A stretch of 64,000 nucleotides of DNA from contig CAMCVE010000005.1 in NCBI GenBank assembly GCA_945881775.1, positions 54,281-118,280 of the forward strand, given 5' to 3'. Below, piece by piece: positions 26,515 to 36,587 of the stretch (positions within the stretch are counted from its first letter, which is position 1; each line of letters starts with the position of its first letter). The stretch comes from Bacteriovorax stolpii. GTDB lineage: Bacteria > Bdellovibrionota > UBA2428. A program made the position numbers and the translations under genes. The notes beneath the pieces were generated by a model. That model saw only the letters and a program-made list of their open reading frames with translations, was not told the DNA's origin and did not search any database.

Positions 26515-27590
26515 AATTTTCTACCTCTCAGGCGGTACACGTATGCAAGAACTTCTGCGACCGCATTGAACAAGTCGCGCGATATAAACTGACCCACCTT
26601 GAGAGCTTTATAGAGGGCACGTGCGAGGGGAACGTTTTCGACGGTGGGAACGCCGTTCTCTCGTGCAATCTCCTTAATTCTTAGGGCCATGTGGTCCATG
26701 CCCTTGGCTACGATCTTCGGCGCAAACATACTTTCTCGGTCGTAGACCAGCGCAACCGCGAAGTGTGTGGGGTTGGTGATCACAACATCAGCCTTCTTTA
26801 CCGCCTCAAGCATTTTGTTGGTAGCAAACTTCCGCTGAATGCCTCGGATACGTGCTTTGATCTGCGGGTTTCCGTCCATCTGTTTGCGCTCTTCGCGAAC
26901 TTCTTGCTTGGTCATCATGATGCGCTTCTCGAACCGAAACTTCTGAAACGCAAAGTCTGCTGCTGACAGAACGGCCATTGCCCCTGCGATGATCAGCAAA
27001 ATACGAACTACTTTTTGCCCTAGAACCGTTCCGATAACATGTGCATCGGCACCCCAAAGAGTTCCAGCCTCACCCACCCACTTGGCGAAAACGACATAAA
27101 GAATTACTCCGACGATGGAGAATTTTATGACCGCTTTAAAAAATTCGAAGACTCCATCAAGGCTAGCGATTCGAGAAAATCCACTCATAGGATCGAGTTT
27201 GTTAAAATCGGGCTCCAGAGGTTTGGTGGTCCACATGAAACCAAACTGCAGGATGTTTCCCCCAACACCTGCCAACATTCCGGCAGCCGCAACAGGCGCA
27301 ACAACCCAGATGAAAGCCTTGAAAGCAAACTGCGCCATCGCGACTACGGTCTGCGGCGTCCAGTCCTGAACTCCCGTCGTACTCAACTCTAGAAAAGATG
27401 ACTCAAACAAGGCCCCAAGACCTCGGAAACTCCAGCCAGCAGCACCGTAAAAAACACCGACTGTTGCTAGCATGAGCAATGCAGAAACAAGCTCTCCGCT
27501 TTTGGCCACGCGACCCTGCTCGCGCATCTCCTCCCGTTTTCGAGGAGAGGCCTCTTCTGTCCGTTCTTCGCCTTCGTCTTCAGAAGCCAT
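26511..27590 (-). CDS. flhB: Flagellar export apparatus protein FlhB
   Basis: 359 aa. 4 TM, NPTH autocleavage motif (VITNPTHFAVAL). Confidence 0.9.
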   Translation of the reverse strand: MASEDEGEERTEEASPRKREEMREQGRVAKSGELVSALLMLATVGVFYGAAGWSFRGLGALFESSFLELSTTGVQDWTPQTVVAMAQFAFKAFIWVVAPVAAAGMLAGVGGNILQFGFMWTTKPLEPDFNKLDPMSGFSRIASLDGVFEFFKAVIKFSIVGVILYVVFAKWVGEAGTLWGADAHVIGTVLGQKVVRILLIIAGAMAVLSAADFAFQKFRFEKRIMMTKQEVREERKQMDGNPQIKARIRGIQRKFATNKMLEAVKKADVVITNPTHFAVALVYDRESMFAPKIVAKGMDHMALRIKEIARENGVPTVENVPLARALYKALKVGQFISRDLFNAVAEVLAYVYRLRGRKL

Positions 27591-27593
27591 CGA

Positions 27594-28397
27594 TTAGCGA
27601 GCTCCCAGAAACTTCAGCCAGAGATATTGAGTCTCAAGACCGACGGTAAATAGTTTTTGTAGTGTCTCTCCATAGACCGGCAAAGACATGGCAAGAACAA
27701 GGACTCCGACACCGATTGTAATCGGCATGCTGACAATCCAAATATTAATCTGTGGGACGAATTTCGAGAGCACTCCAAGTCCCGTCTGTAGAACCATGAT
27801 TACCACAAGCATGGGGCCCGACAGCTTGAGCATCCACGAAAAGAAGCGCGACCCCACCTCGGACCACAGGGCAACACCCGCAGCAGGATCTGTCAGACGA
27901 ACATAGAAGTCGCTGTAGGAGAATTGATAGGATTCGGCAAGGGCTTGCAATGTAAACCAGTGCCCTCCCACAGCGAGATAGATCATCAACGCAATCCAAC
28001 CATGGAGTGTCGACCAGGACGTGTCACTCTCTTCGAAGGCCGGATTCATCACGCTACCTGCAGAGAAGCCGATTTGTGATCCGATCCAACTGGCCGCCGC
28101 GACGGCCGCAGAAAAGATGAACTTTGCGAGAAATCCTAGACCAAGACCGATGATGATCTCACGAAACGCAAAAGAAACGAGCTCCGTAAGCTGTGGGGGA
28201 GCCGCGATCGACCACTGGGGCAGCGTATTCCCGACGAGTGGTACGAGGGCGAGTGAGAGCGTCAATGCACTCGCAACGCGAACCATCGGGGGAATATTAA
28301 GAGAGACTACGAACGGAAACGCGATCCAGAACGCGCCTACTCGAAAAGAAACCCATATCAATTTCATAATGGGCTCAAAAAGCGAGAGAACGTCCAT
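27594..28397 (-). CDS. fliR: Flagellar export apparatus protein FliR
   Basis: 267 aa polytopic membrane protein between fliQ and flhB. Confidence 0.8.
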   Translation of the reverse strand: MDVLSLFEPIMKLIWVSFRVGAFWIAFPFVVSLNIPPMVRVASALTLSLALVPLVGNTLPQWSIAAPPQLTELVSFAFREIIIGLGLGFLAKFIFSAAVAAASWIGSQIGFSAGSVMNPAFEESDTSWSTLHGWIALMIYLAVGGHWFTLQALAESYQFSYSDFYVRLTDPAAGVALWSEVGSRFFSWMLKLSGPMLVVIMVLQTGLGVLSKFVPQINIWIVSMPITIGVGVLVLAMSLPVYGETLQKLFTVGLETQYLWLKFLGAR

Positions 28398-28421
28398 GAT
28401 CTCAGAGTCCCTTCTTACCGC

Positions 28422-28691
28422 TTAGCGGATGTGAAGATTGATGTTCTCGTAGAGACCGGCCGTAAAGCTCGTCATGATGCGGATCATCCATGGACCCATA
28501 ATGAGAAGGGTTCCTCCGATAGCGAGAATCTTAGGGATGAACGTGAGTGTCGCTTCGTTGATCTGCGTAAGCGCTTGAAAGACAGAAACGAGCAAACCCA
28601 CGACAAGCGCGACGAGCAGCAGTGGCCCCCCGACGAGCAACATCGTCTGTAGTGCATTCTTACTAAGATCCATGACCCAAAGATCATTCAT
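28422..28691 (-). CDS. fliQ: Flagellar export apparatus protein FliQ
   Basis: 89 aa, 2 TM, typical FliQ length and hydrophobicity (LLVGGPLLLVALVVGL...). Confidence 0.85.
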   Translation of the reverse strand: MNDLWVMDLSKNALQTMLLVGGPLLLVALVVGLLVSVFQALTQINEATLTFIPKILAIGGTLLIMGPWMIRIMTSFTAGLYENINLHIR

Positions 28692-28733
28692 GTGCGCCCC
28701 CTCCTAAAAAGACTCCCCCCGGAGTCGCTTCGG

Positions 28734-29483
28734 TTAAGAAAAACTTTTAACGATCGAACCCACGATCAACTGCCATCCGTCCACCAGGACAAAGAGCATC
28801 AGCTTGAATGGCAATGAGATCAGAACTGGTGGAAGCATCATCATGCCCATCGCCATAAGGACAGATGCCACAACCATATCGAGCACCAAGAACGGTAGAA
28901 AGATAACAAAACCCATCTGAAACGCTGTCTTGAGCTCTGAGATCATGAAAGCCGGCACGAGTGTCATGAATGGCACCGTTTCAACGGTCAACTTGTCTTC
29001 TTGGCCTGTGAGCTTAAGAAATAGCTCGATGTCTTTGGGTCGAGTCTGCTTGAGCATGAAGTCGCGAATCGGAGCTTGCGCTAGTTCAAGGCCCCTTGCC
29101 TGTGTGATCGCACCCTTCATGAACGGTTGTATTGCAGTGTCATTGACCTGATTGAAAGTCGGGCCCATCACAAGAAACGTTAAGAACATAGCCAGACCCA
29201 CGAGAAGTTGGTTCGGAGGCATCTGGTTGGTGCCGAGAGCATTTCGCAAAAATGAGAGAATGACGATGATCCGCGTGAACGACGTCATCATGATGAGAAT
29301 GGCTGGCGCAAGTGTCAGAACGGTCAGCAGAAAGAGCACCTGCAGAACATTCACAACCTCGGCTGGGCTTTTTGCTTGCTGGAGGCCCATCTGAATGCTC
29401 GGCAAACTAAGCTGCGCATGGGCAAGAGAAGCAAAAACCGTCGCACTAAGGAAACAGGCAACGATGAGAAGAAGTTGCTTCAT
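28734..29483 (-). CDS. fliP: Flagellar export apparatus protein FliP
   Basis: 249 aa. Signal peptide plus the conserved FliP core (MTSFTRIIVILSFLRNALG...). Confidence 0.9.
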   Translation of the reverse strand: MKQLLLIVACFLSATVFASLAHAQLSLPSIQMGLQQAKSPAEVVNVLQVLFLLTVLTLAPAILIMMTSFTRIIVILSFLRNALGTNQMPPNQLLVGLAMFLTFLVMGPTFNQVNDTAIQPFMKGAITQARGLELAQAPIRDFMLKQTRPKDIELFLKLTGQEDKLTVETVPFMTLVPAFMISELKTAFQMGFVIFLPFLVLDMVVASVLMAMGMMMLPPVLISLPFKLMLFVLVDGWQLIVGSIVKSFS

Positions 29484-29881
29484 ACTCGAGAAATTTCCTT
29501 CAGGCGGCTGCCAAGCTGCCCCAGAAGGGTCTTTTCTTTGGTCTCTTCATGGTTCGAATCGAGCATCGACTCGAACGAATCGTTGTCGACTCCTTCTTCG
29601 TCGGCTTCGCAGAGAAGGTTTATCGTGTGGGCAGTCGCTCCGATGAGAAGCATCTTCTCGCCAAACTTAACGACGTGCAGGTTGCGCCCTTGTCCGAGCA
29701 TGCGGCTGGACTCGATACGCAGTTGTCCTTTCGACGAAGACGCATCTTTTTTCCCGCCGAGCTTAGGCAATCCTTTTCCGAAGAACTTCTTGGCGATCAT
29801 CACCGCGGCCCCAAAAGTGAGCAACACGACCCCTAAAGCGACCGACATTTTGAAACCTACTTCGAGCATTGAGGAGTCCAT
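29480..29881 (-). CDS. fliO: Flagellar protein FliO (FliZ)
   Basis: 133 aa, single TM, position between fliN and fliP. 4-nt overlap with fliP. Confidence 0.6.
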   Translation of the reverse strand: MDSSMLEVGFKMSVALGVVLLTFGAAVMIAKKFFGKGLPKLGGKKDASSSKGQLRIESSRMLGQGRNLHVVKFGEKMLLIGATAHTINLLCEADEEGVDNDSFESMLDSNHEETKEKTLLGQLGSRLKEISRV

Positions 29882-29884
29882 CGC

Positions 29885-30220
29885 TCAACCCAACTTCTCG
29901 ATGCGCTCAATGGGCGAAATGATATCGGTAAGGCGGATGCCAAATTTCTCGTTGACGACCACAACTTCGCCCCGCGCGACAAGCTTTTCGTTCACGAGCA
30001 CCTCGAGAGGCTCTCCGGCTAGCTTAGAAAGCTCGATCACAGAGCCTTGGCCCAACTGCAGAAGATCGTTTACGAGCATCTTTGTTCGACCAAGTTCGAC
30101 ACTCACTTTAAGAGGAATATCGAGAATCATCTCGAGTTTCTTCATTCGCTCTTCGAGCTGCATCTGCGGAGTTATTTCCTCCTCAGTCTGTTCTAGATCA
30201 TCACGAGCTTCTTCAGTCAT
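29885..30220 (-). CDS. fliN: Flagellar motor switch protein FliN (SpoA domain)
   Basis: 111 aa. C-terminal SpoA motif IPLKVSVELGRTKMLVNDLLQLGQGSVIEL. Confidence 0.85.
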   Translation of the reverse strand: MTEEARDDLEQTEEEITPQMQLEERMKKLEMILDIPLKVSVELGRTKMLVNDLLQLGQGSVIELSKLAGEPLEVLVNEKLVARGEVVVVNEKFGIRLTDIISPIERIEKLG

Positions 30221-30239
30221 AAAATTCTCCTTCAGGTGT

Positions 30240-31289
30240 TCAAGTCAGGTCGTCGACAACTGTGCCCGAAGGCAGTTCGTCATTACTACGACGTTTGAGG
30301 AATTCTTTGTTTCGGTTCTGAACCACTTGCGTTACTTGGATAGCGCGACTTCCTCGGCTTGCGCCAAATAGACCCCTGAAGCGAAGCACGCCCTCAACCT
30401 GGGCCGGGATCTCCGCTGTCGCATCTGTACGAAGGGGAATCACGTCGCCCTTCTTCATCTCAAGAAGCTGCCGCAGAGTCACAGCCGTGGTTCCGAGCTC
30501 GACATGAACATTGAGTTCGGTTTCTTCAAGATGTCGAATCATCATGTTGGACCAGTAGTAGTCTGTTTCGACCACTTCCTGCTGGAAGCCACTCACGAGC
30601 TTTTGACGAATCGGTTCCAAAGTTGCAAATGGCATGACAATGGTGAGCGCTCCCGAGGCATTCTCGAGCTCGACGCTAAATGTGGTCGCGATAACAATGT
30701 CCGAAGGAGGAACAATCCCCACAAACTGCGGATTTGTCTCAGTCCTAACGAAATTGATATTCATGGGCGTAACAGGTGCCCATGCTTTCTCGAGATCATC
30801 AAGGGCCGCCATCACCACTTTCTTGATAATGCTGAGCTCAATCTGTGTGAATTCCTTGCCTTCGACTTTGGTATAGGGACGATCTGTTCCACCAAGGAAG
30901 CTATCAATCAGAGCATAGGCGAGTTTTGATTCTAGGACCACGATCCCCGACCCTCGCAATGGCTCGAAACGCACCACGGTCATGCAGCTCGGCAAAGGAA
31001 GCGTGTTGATAAATTCGCCGAACTTCATTGTGTCGGTTGCTGCAATGCTGAGAGTAGCAAGTTTTCGCAGTTGAGAAGTGAGATTCATGCGGAACGCACG
31101 AATGAATCGTTCGTAGACAATATCCAAGGTCGGCATGCGACCGCGAATAATCTTGTCTTGCGACGTTAAGTCGTAAGTAACAATCGACTCTTGTTCGGGC
31201 GACGACTGACTTGTTTCCGTTGGGACGTCACCGCCGATTACGGCGTTTAGAAGAGCGTCGACTTCTTTCTGTGAAAGGACTTGTGTCAC
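30240..31289 (-). CDS. fliM: Flagellar motor switch protein FliM
   Basis: 349 aa. N-terminal CheY-P binding motif LSQKEVDALL, middle FliM domain, C-terminal SpoA. Confidence 0.85.
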   Translation of the reverse strand: MTQVLSQKEVDALLNAVIGGDVPTETSQSSPEQESIVTYDLTSQDKIIRGRMPTLDIVYERFIRAFRMNLTSQLRKLATLSIAATDTMKFGEFINTLPLPSCMTVVRFEPLRGSGIVVLESKLAYALIDSFLGGTDRPYTKVEGKEFTQIELSIIKKVVMAALDDLEKAWAPVTPMNINFVRTETNPQFVGIVPPSDIVIATTFSVELENASGALTIVMPFATLEPIRQKLVSGFQQEVVETDYYWSNMMIRHLEETELNVHVELGTTAVTLRQLLEMKKGDVIPLRTDATAEIPAQVEGVLRFRGLFGASRGSRAIQVTQVVQNRNKEFLKRRSNDELPSGTVVDDLT

Positions 31290-31304
31290 TGTCTTCTTCT
31301 CCGC

Positions 31305-31955
31305 CTATTGAATAATGAACTTTGTAAAGTAGACATTCTTGATCTGACCCTTGGTGAGGTAACCATTAACTTTGTTACGTATTTCTTCGCGCAAAAAGTC
31401 TCGCCCATCGACGCTTGCGATTTGGTCGTAAGTTTTGCTTGAAAGGATCACGATGATAAAGTCGCGGATGCGTGGCCTCAGGCGAATGACTTCTTCTTTG
31501 ACAAAATCGTCGTCAACTTCAATTTCCACATCAACAATTGCAAAATGAGCACCCGATCCGTCCGCGAGGTTCACCGTAAAGGATTCGGGTAAAAACTTCG
31601 ATTCTTTTGCAGCGCCGGCTTCTTCACCGCCTTCGCCTTGTCCCCCGCTATGTTCGGCCCCAGAAGAAGACTTTGAGGCTTCGATGTCAGCTAGAGAGAC
31701 CTGCTTTTGAGACTTGGACAAATTCATCCAGACAAATACGGCGAGCGCCAGAAGCACGACAAGATTGAGAGCGAGCACAATGTAGATCAGCTTCGGCGCC
31801 GGAGTCTTTTGACCCTCGCCTGCCTCTTCCGACTTCTTTTTGATGCTTTCATCAGCGCCTTCCGCGACTTCATCGCCTTCTTGCGCTTTTTGGTCTTTTT
31901 CTTCTTCGGCCACTGAAGTCCCCCCGACATCACTAGAAGCAATCGATATGCCCAC
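31305..31955 (-). CDS. fliL: Flagellar basal body-associated protein FliL
   Basis: 216 aa. Acidic N-terminus, single TM, C-terminal FliL domain (FTVNLADGSG..A.VDVEIEVDD). Confidence 0.75.
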   Translation of the reverse strand: MGISIASSDVGGTSVAEEEKDQKAQEGDEVAEGADESIKKKSEEAGEGQKTPAPKLIYIVLALNLVVLLALAVFVWMNLSKSQKQVSLADIEASKSSSGAEHSGGQGEGGEEAGAAKESKFLPESFTVNLADGSGAHFAIVDVEIEVDDDFVKEEVIRLRPRIRDFIIVILSSKTYDQIASVDGRDFLREEIRNKVNGYLTKGQIKNVYFTKFIIQ

Positions 31956-32045
31956 GGCAACTCGACGCTTATAGGAAATAGAATAACAGGAACTTGTCGG
32001 GATTAGCTCGCCAAGAGCTTGGCAGGGACCGTTGAAACGATGACA

Positions 32046-32076
32046 CCCGGCCCTCTCCCCTAGGAAAGAGCCGGGT
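32046..32076 (-). terminator. Hairpin immediately downstream of flgE (CCCGGCTCT...AGAGGGCCGGG), candidate attenuator/terminator
   Basis: Imperfect GC-rich inverted repeat followed by a U-rich-ish tract on the minus strand. Lies in the 146-nt gap between flgE and fliL. Confidence 0.35.
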
Positions 32077-32100
32077 TGGTGTCAGAATTTCGTCAGATTA

Positions 32101-33396
32101 TTAACGCTTCAGCTGGATGACGTCTTGGAGAAGCTCGTCGCTCGTCGTCACAGTTTTTGCGTTTGCCTGGAAGTTCCGCTGAGTCCGAATCATGTCGACA
32201 AACTCGGCCGCGATATCGACGTTTGAGTTCTCGAGTGACTTCGTGAGGATGGCACCACGGCTGCCGGTTCCGGCCTCACCGATAAGAGGTCCTCCGGACA
32301 GAACGGCTTCCTTGAAGCGGTTCTGTCCCAGCTTGTAAAGGCCTTCGTTGTTCTCAAAGCGAGCTAGACCGATCTTGGAAAGCGCTTTGGTGACACCGTT
32401 TGAATAGGAACCCGAAACAGTTCCTGCCTCGTCTACAGAAAAGTTTGTGAGGGTTCCCCCTGCGTAACCATCTTGAATCTGACGGAAGATCTGGCTGTTA
32501 GATCCATACTGAGTGCTACCTTCTGCGCCAGTGCCGTTACGGTTCTCAATTGAGTCGCCAAAGAAGAAATCAACTTTTTGGTTAGGCTCGGCTCCACGGA
32601 AACTGATGTTTGAATTGAGGAGCTCGTCTTTCTGAAGTTTCCCCTCGTTGTTGAATGTGAGCTTCCCGCTAGCGATCGCTTGCATCTTGCCGTCTTCTCC
32701 ACCCTGGAGAGTCGCACCATCTGCGGTCGCATGCCAGGTCCACTCGGAGTTGCCGGTTTTGTAGAAGTGCATATTCACAGAGCGACTTGTTCCAGTTGTA
32801 TCATAGAGACGTACTGTAGAAGTTAAATCCGCGTTCTTGTCCGCAGTAGCAATGTCGAAAGGAGTTGTATTTATCTTGAGTCGGCTGTCCATATTTGCGT
32901 CGACGCGGATTTCCTTCGTGCCCGCAGCGGGGATCGTGTTGGAGCTAAAGGTGATGTCTTGAATGTCTCCGGTGGTCTTGCCTGATTCGCTGTCGATCTT
33001 GTAGCCCTGAACCAGGTTTCCGTCGGCTGTAGCCAGGCGGCCCTTTTGGTCAAAGCGGAAACTGCCATCGCGGGTGTAGGAACTTTCTCCACCTACAGGG
33101 TTCTTGAGGATAAAGAATCCATCGCCGCGGATGGCCATATCGGCGTCGCGGTTGGTGGCCATAATGTCGCCTTGATCGAAGATCGAAGTCACACCGGCAA
33201 CGCGAACCCCGCGACCGATCTGATTACCGCCGAGAATACCCTTAAGGTTGGACGCGATGACGTCTTGGAACTCGGCCCGACTGGATTTGAAAGCCGTCGT
33301 GCCCGCGTTGGCGATGTTGTCACCGATGATACCCATGGCGGTGCCTTGAGCACGAAGACCAGAGACGCCCGTGTTAAGTGATGCAAGAATACTCAT
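32101..33396 (-). CDS. flgE: Flagellar hook protein FlgE
   Basis: 431 aa. N-terminal MSILASLNTGVSGLRAQ..IANAGTT rod/hook motif, C-terminal ...TVTTSDELLQDVIQLKR. Confidence 0.85.
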   Translation of the reverse strand: MSILASLNTGVSGLRAQGTAMGIIGDNIANAGTTAFKSSRAEFQDVIASNLKGILGGNQIGRGVRVAGVTSIFDQGDIMATNRDADMAIRGDGFFILKNPVGGESSYTRDGSFRFDQKGRLATADGNLVQGYKIDSESGKTTGDIQDITFSSNTIPAAGTKEIRVDANMDSRLKINTTPFDIATADKNADLTSTVRLYDTTGTSRSVNMHFYKTGNSEWTWHATADGATLQGGEDGKMQAIASGKLTFNNEGKLQKDELLNSNISFRGAEPNQKVDFFFGDSIENRNGTGAEGSTQYGSNSQIFRQIQDGYAGGTLTNFSVDEAGTVSGSYSNGVTKALSKIGLARFENNEGLYKLGQNRFKEAVLSGGPLIGEAGTGSRGAILTKSLENSNVDIAAEFVDMIRTQRNFQANAKTVTTSDELLQDVIQLKR

Positions 33397-33519
33397 AGAA
33401 AACTCCCCCTAAGTTGCGTTATGGGAAAGTCACCGGATCAATCAATCACCGATGATGAGCTTCGCAGTTGTCGACTGCGACCAGCTTTTGCTTTCTTTCC
33501 CGTTCTAGCCAATAGATTT

Positions 33520-33945
33520 TTAGATCATGATCGTACTGTCAATGTTCGTAAAAACGTTCTCTTTCAAACTTTCCCGGTCTACCGCCGTGATCACCGTCTG
33601 GTTCTTCACGCTTACAATGAAAGCTGCCTTATCTGTTAAGATGAGACTGTCTTTCGATCCTTTGTCGCGGGCTTTGTTAACGGCGTCTTGCAGCTTCACC
33701 AGATCTTCAGCGCTAAGGTCAATGCCTCTGCTTTCCAATCGGGTTTGTGCGTGGGCCGAGAACTTGAGACTCTGACTTTCGGTCGACGGTTTCTGCTGGA
33801 TTCTTTCTTCAAGAAGCTCTGAGAACGGTTTCGCCTTGTCTGTTCCCTTCGTCGGAGCAGCCTTTTCAGGCATCCTCGATCGAATGGAGTCAATGCGACC
33901 ACTGTTCAACAGGTCTTGGGAAAGCCCCAAACCTTTTGTCTCCAT
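33520..33945 (-). CDS. Small uncharacterised flagellar-operon protein, resembling the conserved small ORFs found next to flgD/flgE in Firmicute/spirochaete-type fla operons
   Basis: 141 aa, position between flgD and flgE. No catalytic motifs. The assignment rests on context and size. Confidence 0.4.
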   Translation of the reverse strand: METKGLGLSQDLLNSGRIDSIRSRMPEKAAPTKGTDKAKPFSELLEERIQQKPSTESQSLKFSAHAQTRLESRGIDLSAEDLVKLQDAVNKARDKGSKDSLILTDKAAFIVSVKNQTVITAVDRESLKENVFTNIDSTIMI

Positions 33946-33988
33946 AATTCTCCTATTCCTTTCTTACCCCCCCATACTATCTGAACTT

Positions 33989-35008
33989 CTATCTCATGAA
34001 GAGCGGCATCAGAGGATTCATTTTTGAATCGATCCGATTCTCATCGTCTTCACTTTTCAATGCTTCGCTCACGTCTCCAGCGATCTCAATCTCGGGCGCT
34101 CCGCTTTGGAGCTCCTTGGATTTTGTCACTTCACTTGTTCCTGCCACATTAGATACAGTTTCCGTGCCAGTCGGATTGTTGGCATTTGCTATAGCTTTTG
34201 ACGGTGTGCCGCCCAAAGCTCCTGCGATGCTATCGTCCTTTACGCTGTTGACTTCATTCATTCGGATGCGCTGATCACCAACAAGAAGGAAGGTCTCTCC
34301 GCCCGCGCGCGTGATTCCCGACACCTTGCCCTCGATCTTACTGTCAATTGTTATGGGGCTCGCGTTCAACCCTTTGGCGTCGACCTTATAGAAGTAGCGT
34401 CCGGTACCTGCCGCTTGACCGTCGTCCGTCATACCATCCCAACGAACTTTGACTTCACCCTGACCGCGTCCTTCCATAGGGAGCGTCTTGATTGTCTCGC
34501 CTGCGTCGTTCAAGATTTCAACCTTCAGTTCGGCGGCATCCTGCGGAAGATTAAAGGTAAACTGCGAAGGCTCCATCTTGCTATGGAAAAGCGCAGCTTT
34601 ATCTACAGCCACGGTTTTTCCAATCATAGAGAATGCGAGTTGCTGGTCGTCACCTTGCTTAGCGAGCATTTTTTCGAGGTACTGATTCGTTGTCACACTT
34701 TGCTCTAACTGAGAGAACATCGCCATTTGTTGCGCCATCTTTTCGTTATCAACAGGACTGGTTGGATCTTGGTACTTGAGCTGAGTCATGAACATCTTGA
34801 GAAAGGCGTCCTTGTCGAGATTCTTCTTCTTGGTGACGGCGTAGGGGTCCTTGGGTGCCGTTGCGCCCGTCATCTCGTTGAGCTGATCTCCGATCTTAGG
34901 GGCATCTTTCGGCGCAGGCGCTTCAGCGCGACGAGCCGAAGGCGTAGCCGCCCAGTCGGTCTTGACCTGCATCTTGTCTCCTGCGCTTCCAATTCCCTGC
35001 ATACTCAC
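33989..35008 (-). CDS. flgD: Flagellar hook capping/assembly protein FlgD with an extended C-terminus
   Basis: 339 aa. FlgD signature FLKMFMTQLKYQDPTSPVDNEKM. Precedes flgE. Confidence 0.75.
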   Translation of the reverse strand: MSMQGIGSAGDKMQVKTDWAATPSARRAEAPAPKDAPKIGDQLNEMTGATAPKDPYAVTKKKNLDKDAFLKMFMTQLKYQDPTSPVDNEKMAQQMAMFSQLEQSVTTNQYLEKMLAKQGDDQQLAFSMIGKTVAVDKAALFHSKMEPSQFTFNLPQDAAELKVEILNDAGETIKTLPMEGRGQGEVKVRWDGMTDDGQAAGTGRYFYKVDAKGLNASPITIDSKIEGKVSGITRAGGETFLLVGDQRIRMNEVNSVKDDSIAGALGGTPSKAIANANNPTGTETVSNVAGTSEVTKSKELQSGAPEIEIAGDVSEALKSEDDENRIDSKMNPLMPLFMR

Positions 35009-35061
35009 CCCATTTTAGGTCAAGGGACGAGTCGGGTGACTCGTCCCTCGCGTTAAGTTCT

Positions 35062-36525
35062 TTAGGCGCTTCTTCTCATCTGCGAGAAATTCGCCCATTG
35101 TTCGAGGGCCTGACCACGTCGCTCGTCGCGTGCGAAGTCTTGGCCTAAGGTTGCGTTGCTTTGTTCAGTGCGCGAAAGAGGCGCAGAACTGCGAAGAGCC
35201 TCGAGCCGTTCACTGCGAGGCTGATCAAGGTTCGTTGCCATATCGATTCCATCGCGAGCTGCGTTCCGAACGAGATCTTCTGTGAGACGCATTGAGCCTG
35301 GGTTCGTGATCACTTGGCGCGAATCCTCGATGCGAGAGAACTGACCTTTAGAGATACTAAGATCTCCTAGTTCAACATGCTTCTCGAGCTTCGAAGTGAG
35401 CTCAGAGCGACTAGCCTCGAGTTGACGTGTCAACTCCGGACTTTCGCCCGAAATTCTTACGTCGACTCGACCCGCACGCAGAGTCACCTTGATCTCAATC
35501 TGTCCCATGTCTTTTGTCTCGAGACCAACACGAAGACTTCCGCCACCAGCTGCCTGCAGGTTCTGCACTTTGTCCGAAACAAAATCAACGACGTTCTGGT
35601 CACTCGTTTTGCTCAACAGGCCCTTTGTGCCCACAGTACTCGCGAGAACCGTACGGGCTTGGGGCCCTGCCGCTGCGTTTGAGAGATCAGATCTGTCCAA
35701 GAAAAAGTCCTTCGCGTGAACGCTGGCGTTCTTTTTATCTGAGGACTTACCTTCTCGCGCAGCCTCATCTCCGTGAACCGTCGCCACACTCTGATCATCC
35801 TTAGCGACACGCTCAACAGTGCCCGCCATCGGGACAAATCCGCCCTGAATGGTTTCTTCTTTGAGGGTCTCGGGACCGACCCTAGTGAGGCCACCTTTGG
35901 CGACCACGGAATCAGCCGCAAGCTCCGTCTTTGCGATATCCGACATGATCTCTCGCTCGGCCTTCGCGACCTGGCGATCGATCTTCAAATCGCTGCCCTC
36001 GGATCCTGCTTGCGAAACATCAACGTGCTTAAGCTCTCCAGACGCAAAAGCTGCGGTCCATGCAGCGACATTAGCCGAGCCTAGACGAGCTTCGGGTTTG
36101 ACGATTTGTTGTGCGGCGGGCGCATCCAGGAGAATCTCTCCTGGGGTCGTGAACTCCTTCACGACTTTGTTTTCCGTCCCAAGAGTCTCCGCATTAGCGG
36201 CGACGTCTTGTCCAACGGTTTTAATAATAAGCCCTGCATTCAAATCAACACCAGAAATTGCCAGTCCAGCGAGAGCGGCATTCTTGTCTTTTAGGACCTT
36301 TTCGCTCGTCTCATCTTCTAAAGTCTCGCCGAGATTTGCAAAATTCAACTCGGGATCAGAAGCCGAACTCATCTCAGCGACTTCCACGCCCTCAACAAGA
36401 TCCAGCAAATTTATAAACTCGGGACCACTTCCATCGGGACTCGCTATTGGCGCCATTTCATCTTTCATCCCAGACAAAATGCCCGTTGGCATTCTTTGAG
36501 ACATCATTAACATTCCAAAATCCAT
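35062..36525 (-). CDS. fliK: Flagellar hook-length control protein FliK-like
   Basis: 487 aa, low-complexity N-terminal part, C-terminal FliK_C-like segment (GQIEIKVTLRAGRVDVRISGESPELTRQLEASRSELTSKLE). Confidence 0.6.
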   Translation of the reverse strand: MDFGMLMMSQRMPTGILSGMKDEMAPIASPDGSGPEFINLLDLVEGVEVAEMSSASDPELNFANLGETLEDETSEKVLKDKNAALAGLAISGVDLNAGLIIKTVGQDVAANAETLGTENKVVKEFTTPGEILLDAPAAQQIVKPEARLGSANVAAWTAAFASGELKHVDVSQAGSEGSDLKIDRQVAKAEREIMSDIAKTELAADSVVAKGGLTRVGPETLKEETIQGGFVPMAGTVERVAKDDQSVATVHGDEAAREGKSSDKKNASVHAKDFFLDRSDLSNAAAGPQARTVLASTVGTKGLLSKTSDQNVVDFVSDKVQNLQAAGGGSLRVGLETKDMGQIEIKVTLRAGRVDVRISGESPELTRQLEASRSELTSKLEKHVELGDLSISKGQFSRIEDSRQVITNPGSMRLTEDLVRNAARDGIDMATNLDQPRSERLEALRSSAPLSRTEQSNATLGQDFARDERRGQALEQWANFSQMRRSA

Positions 36526-36587
36526 TTTTTGTTTCCTCCTTTCTTTTAAACCACTCTTCGTGGGATCCGTTCTTAGGTCAGATCTTC

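Noticed and set aside
29376-30371. 331-aa Ser/Arg-rich plus-strand ORF across fliO/fliN/fliM
   Set aside because: Antisense to three conserved flagellar genes. The product is low-complexity (SSS, RRS runs). It is a shadow ORF.
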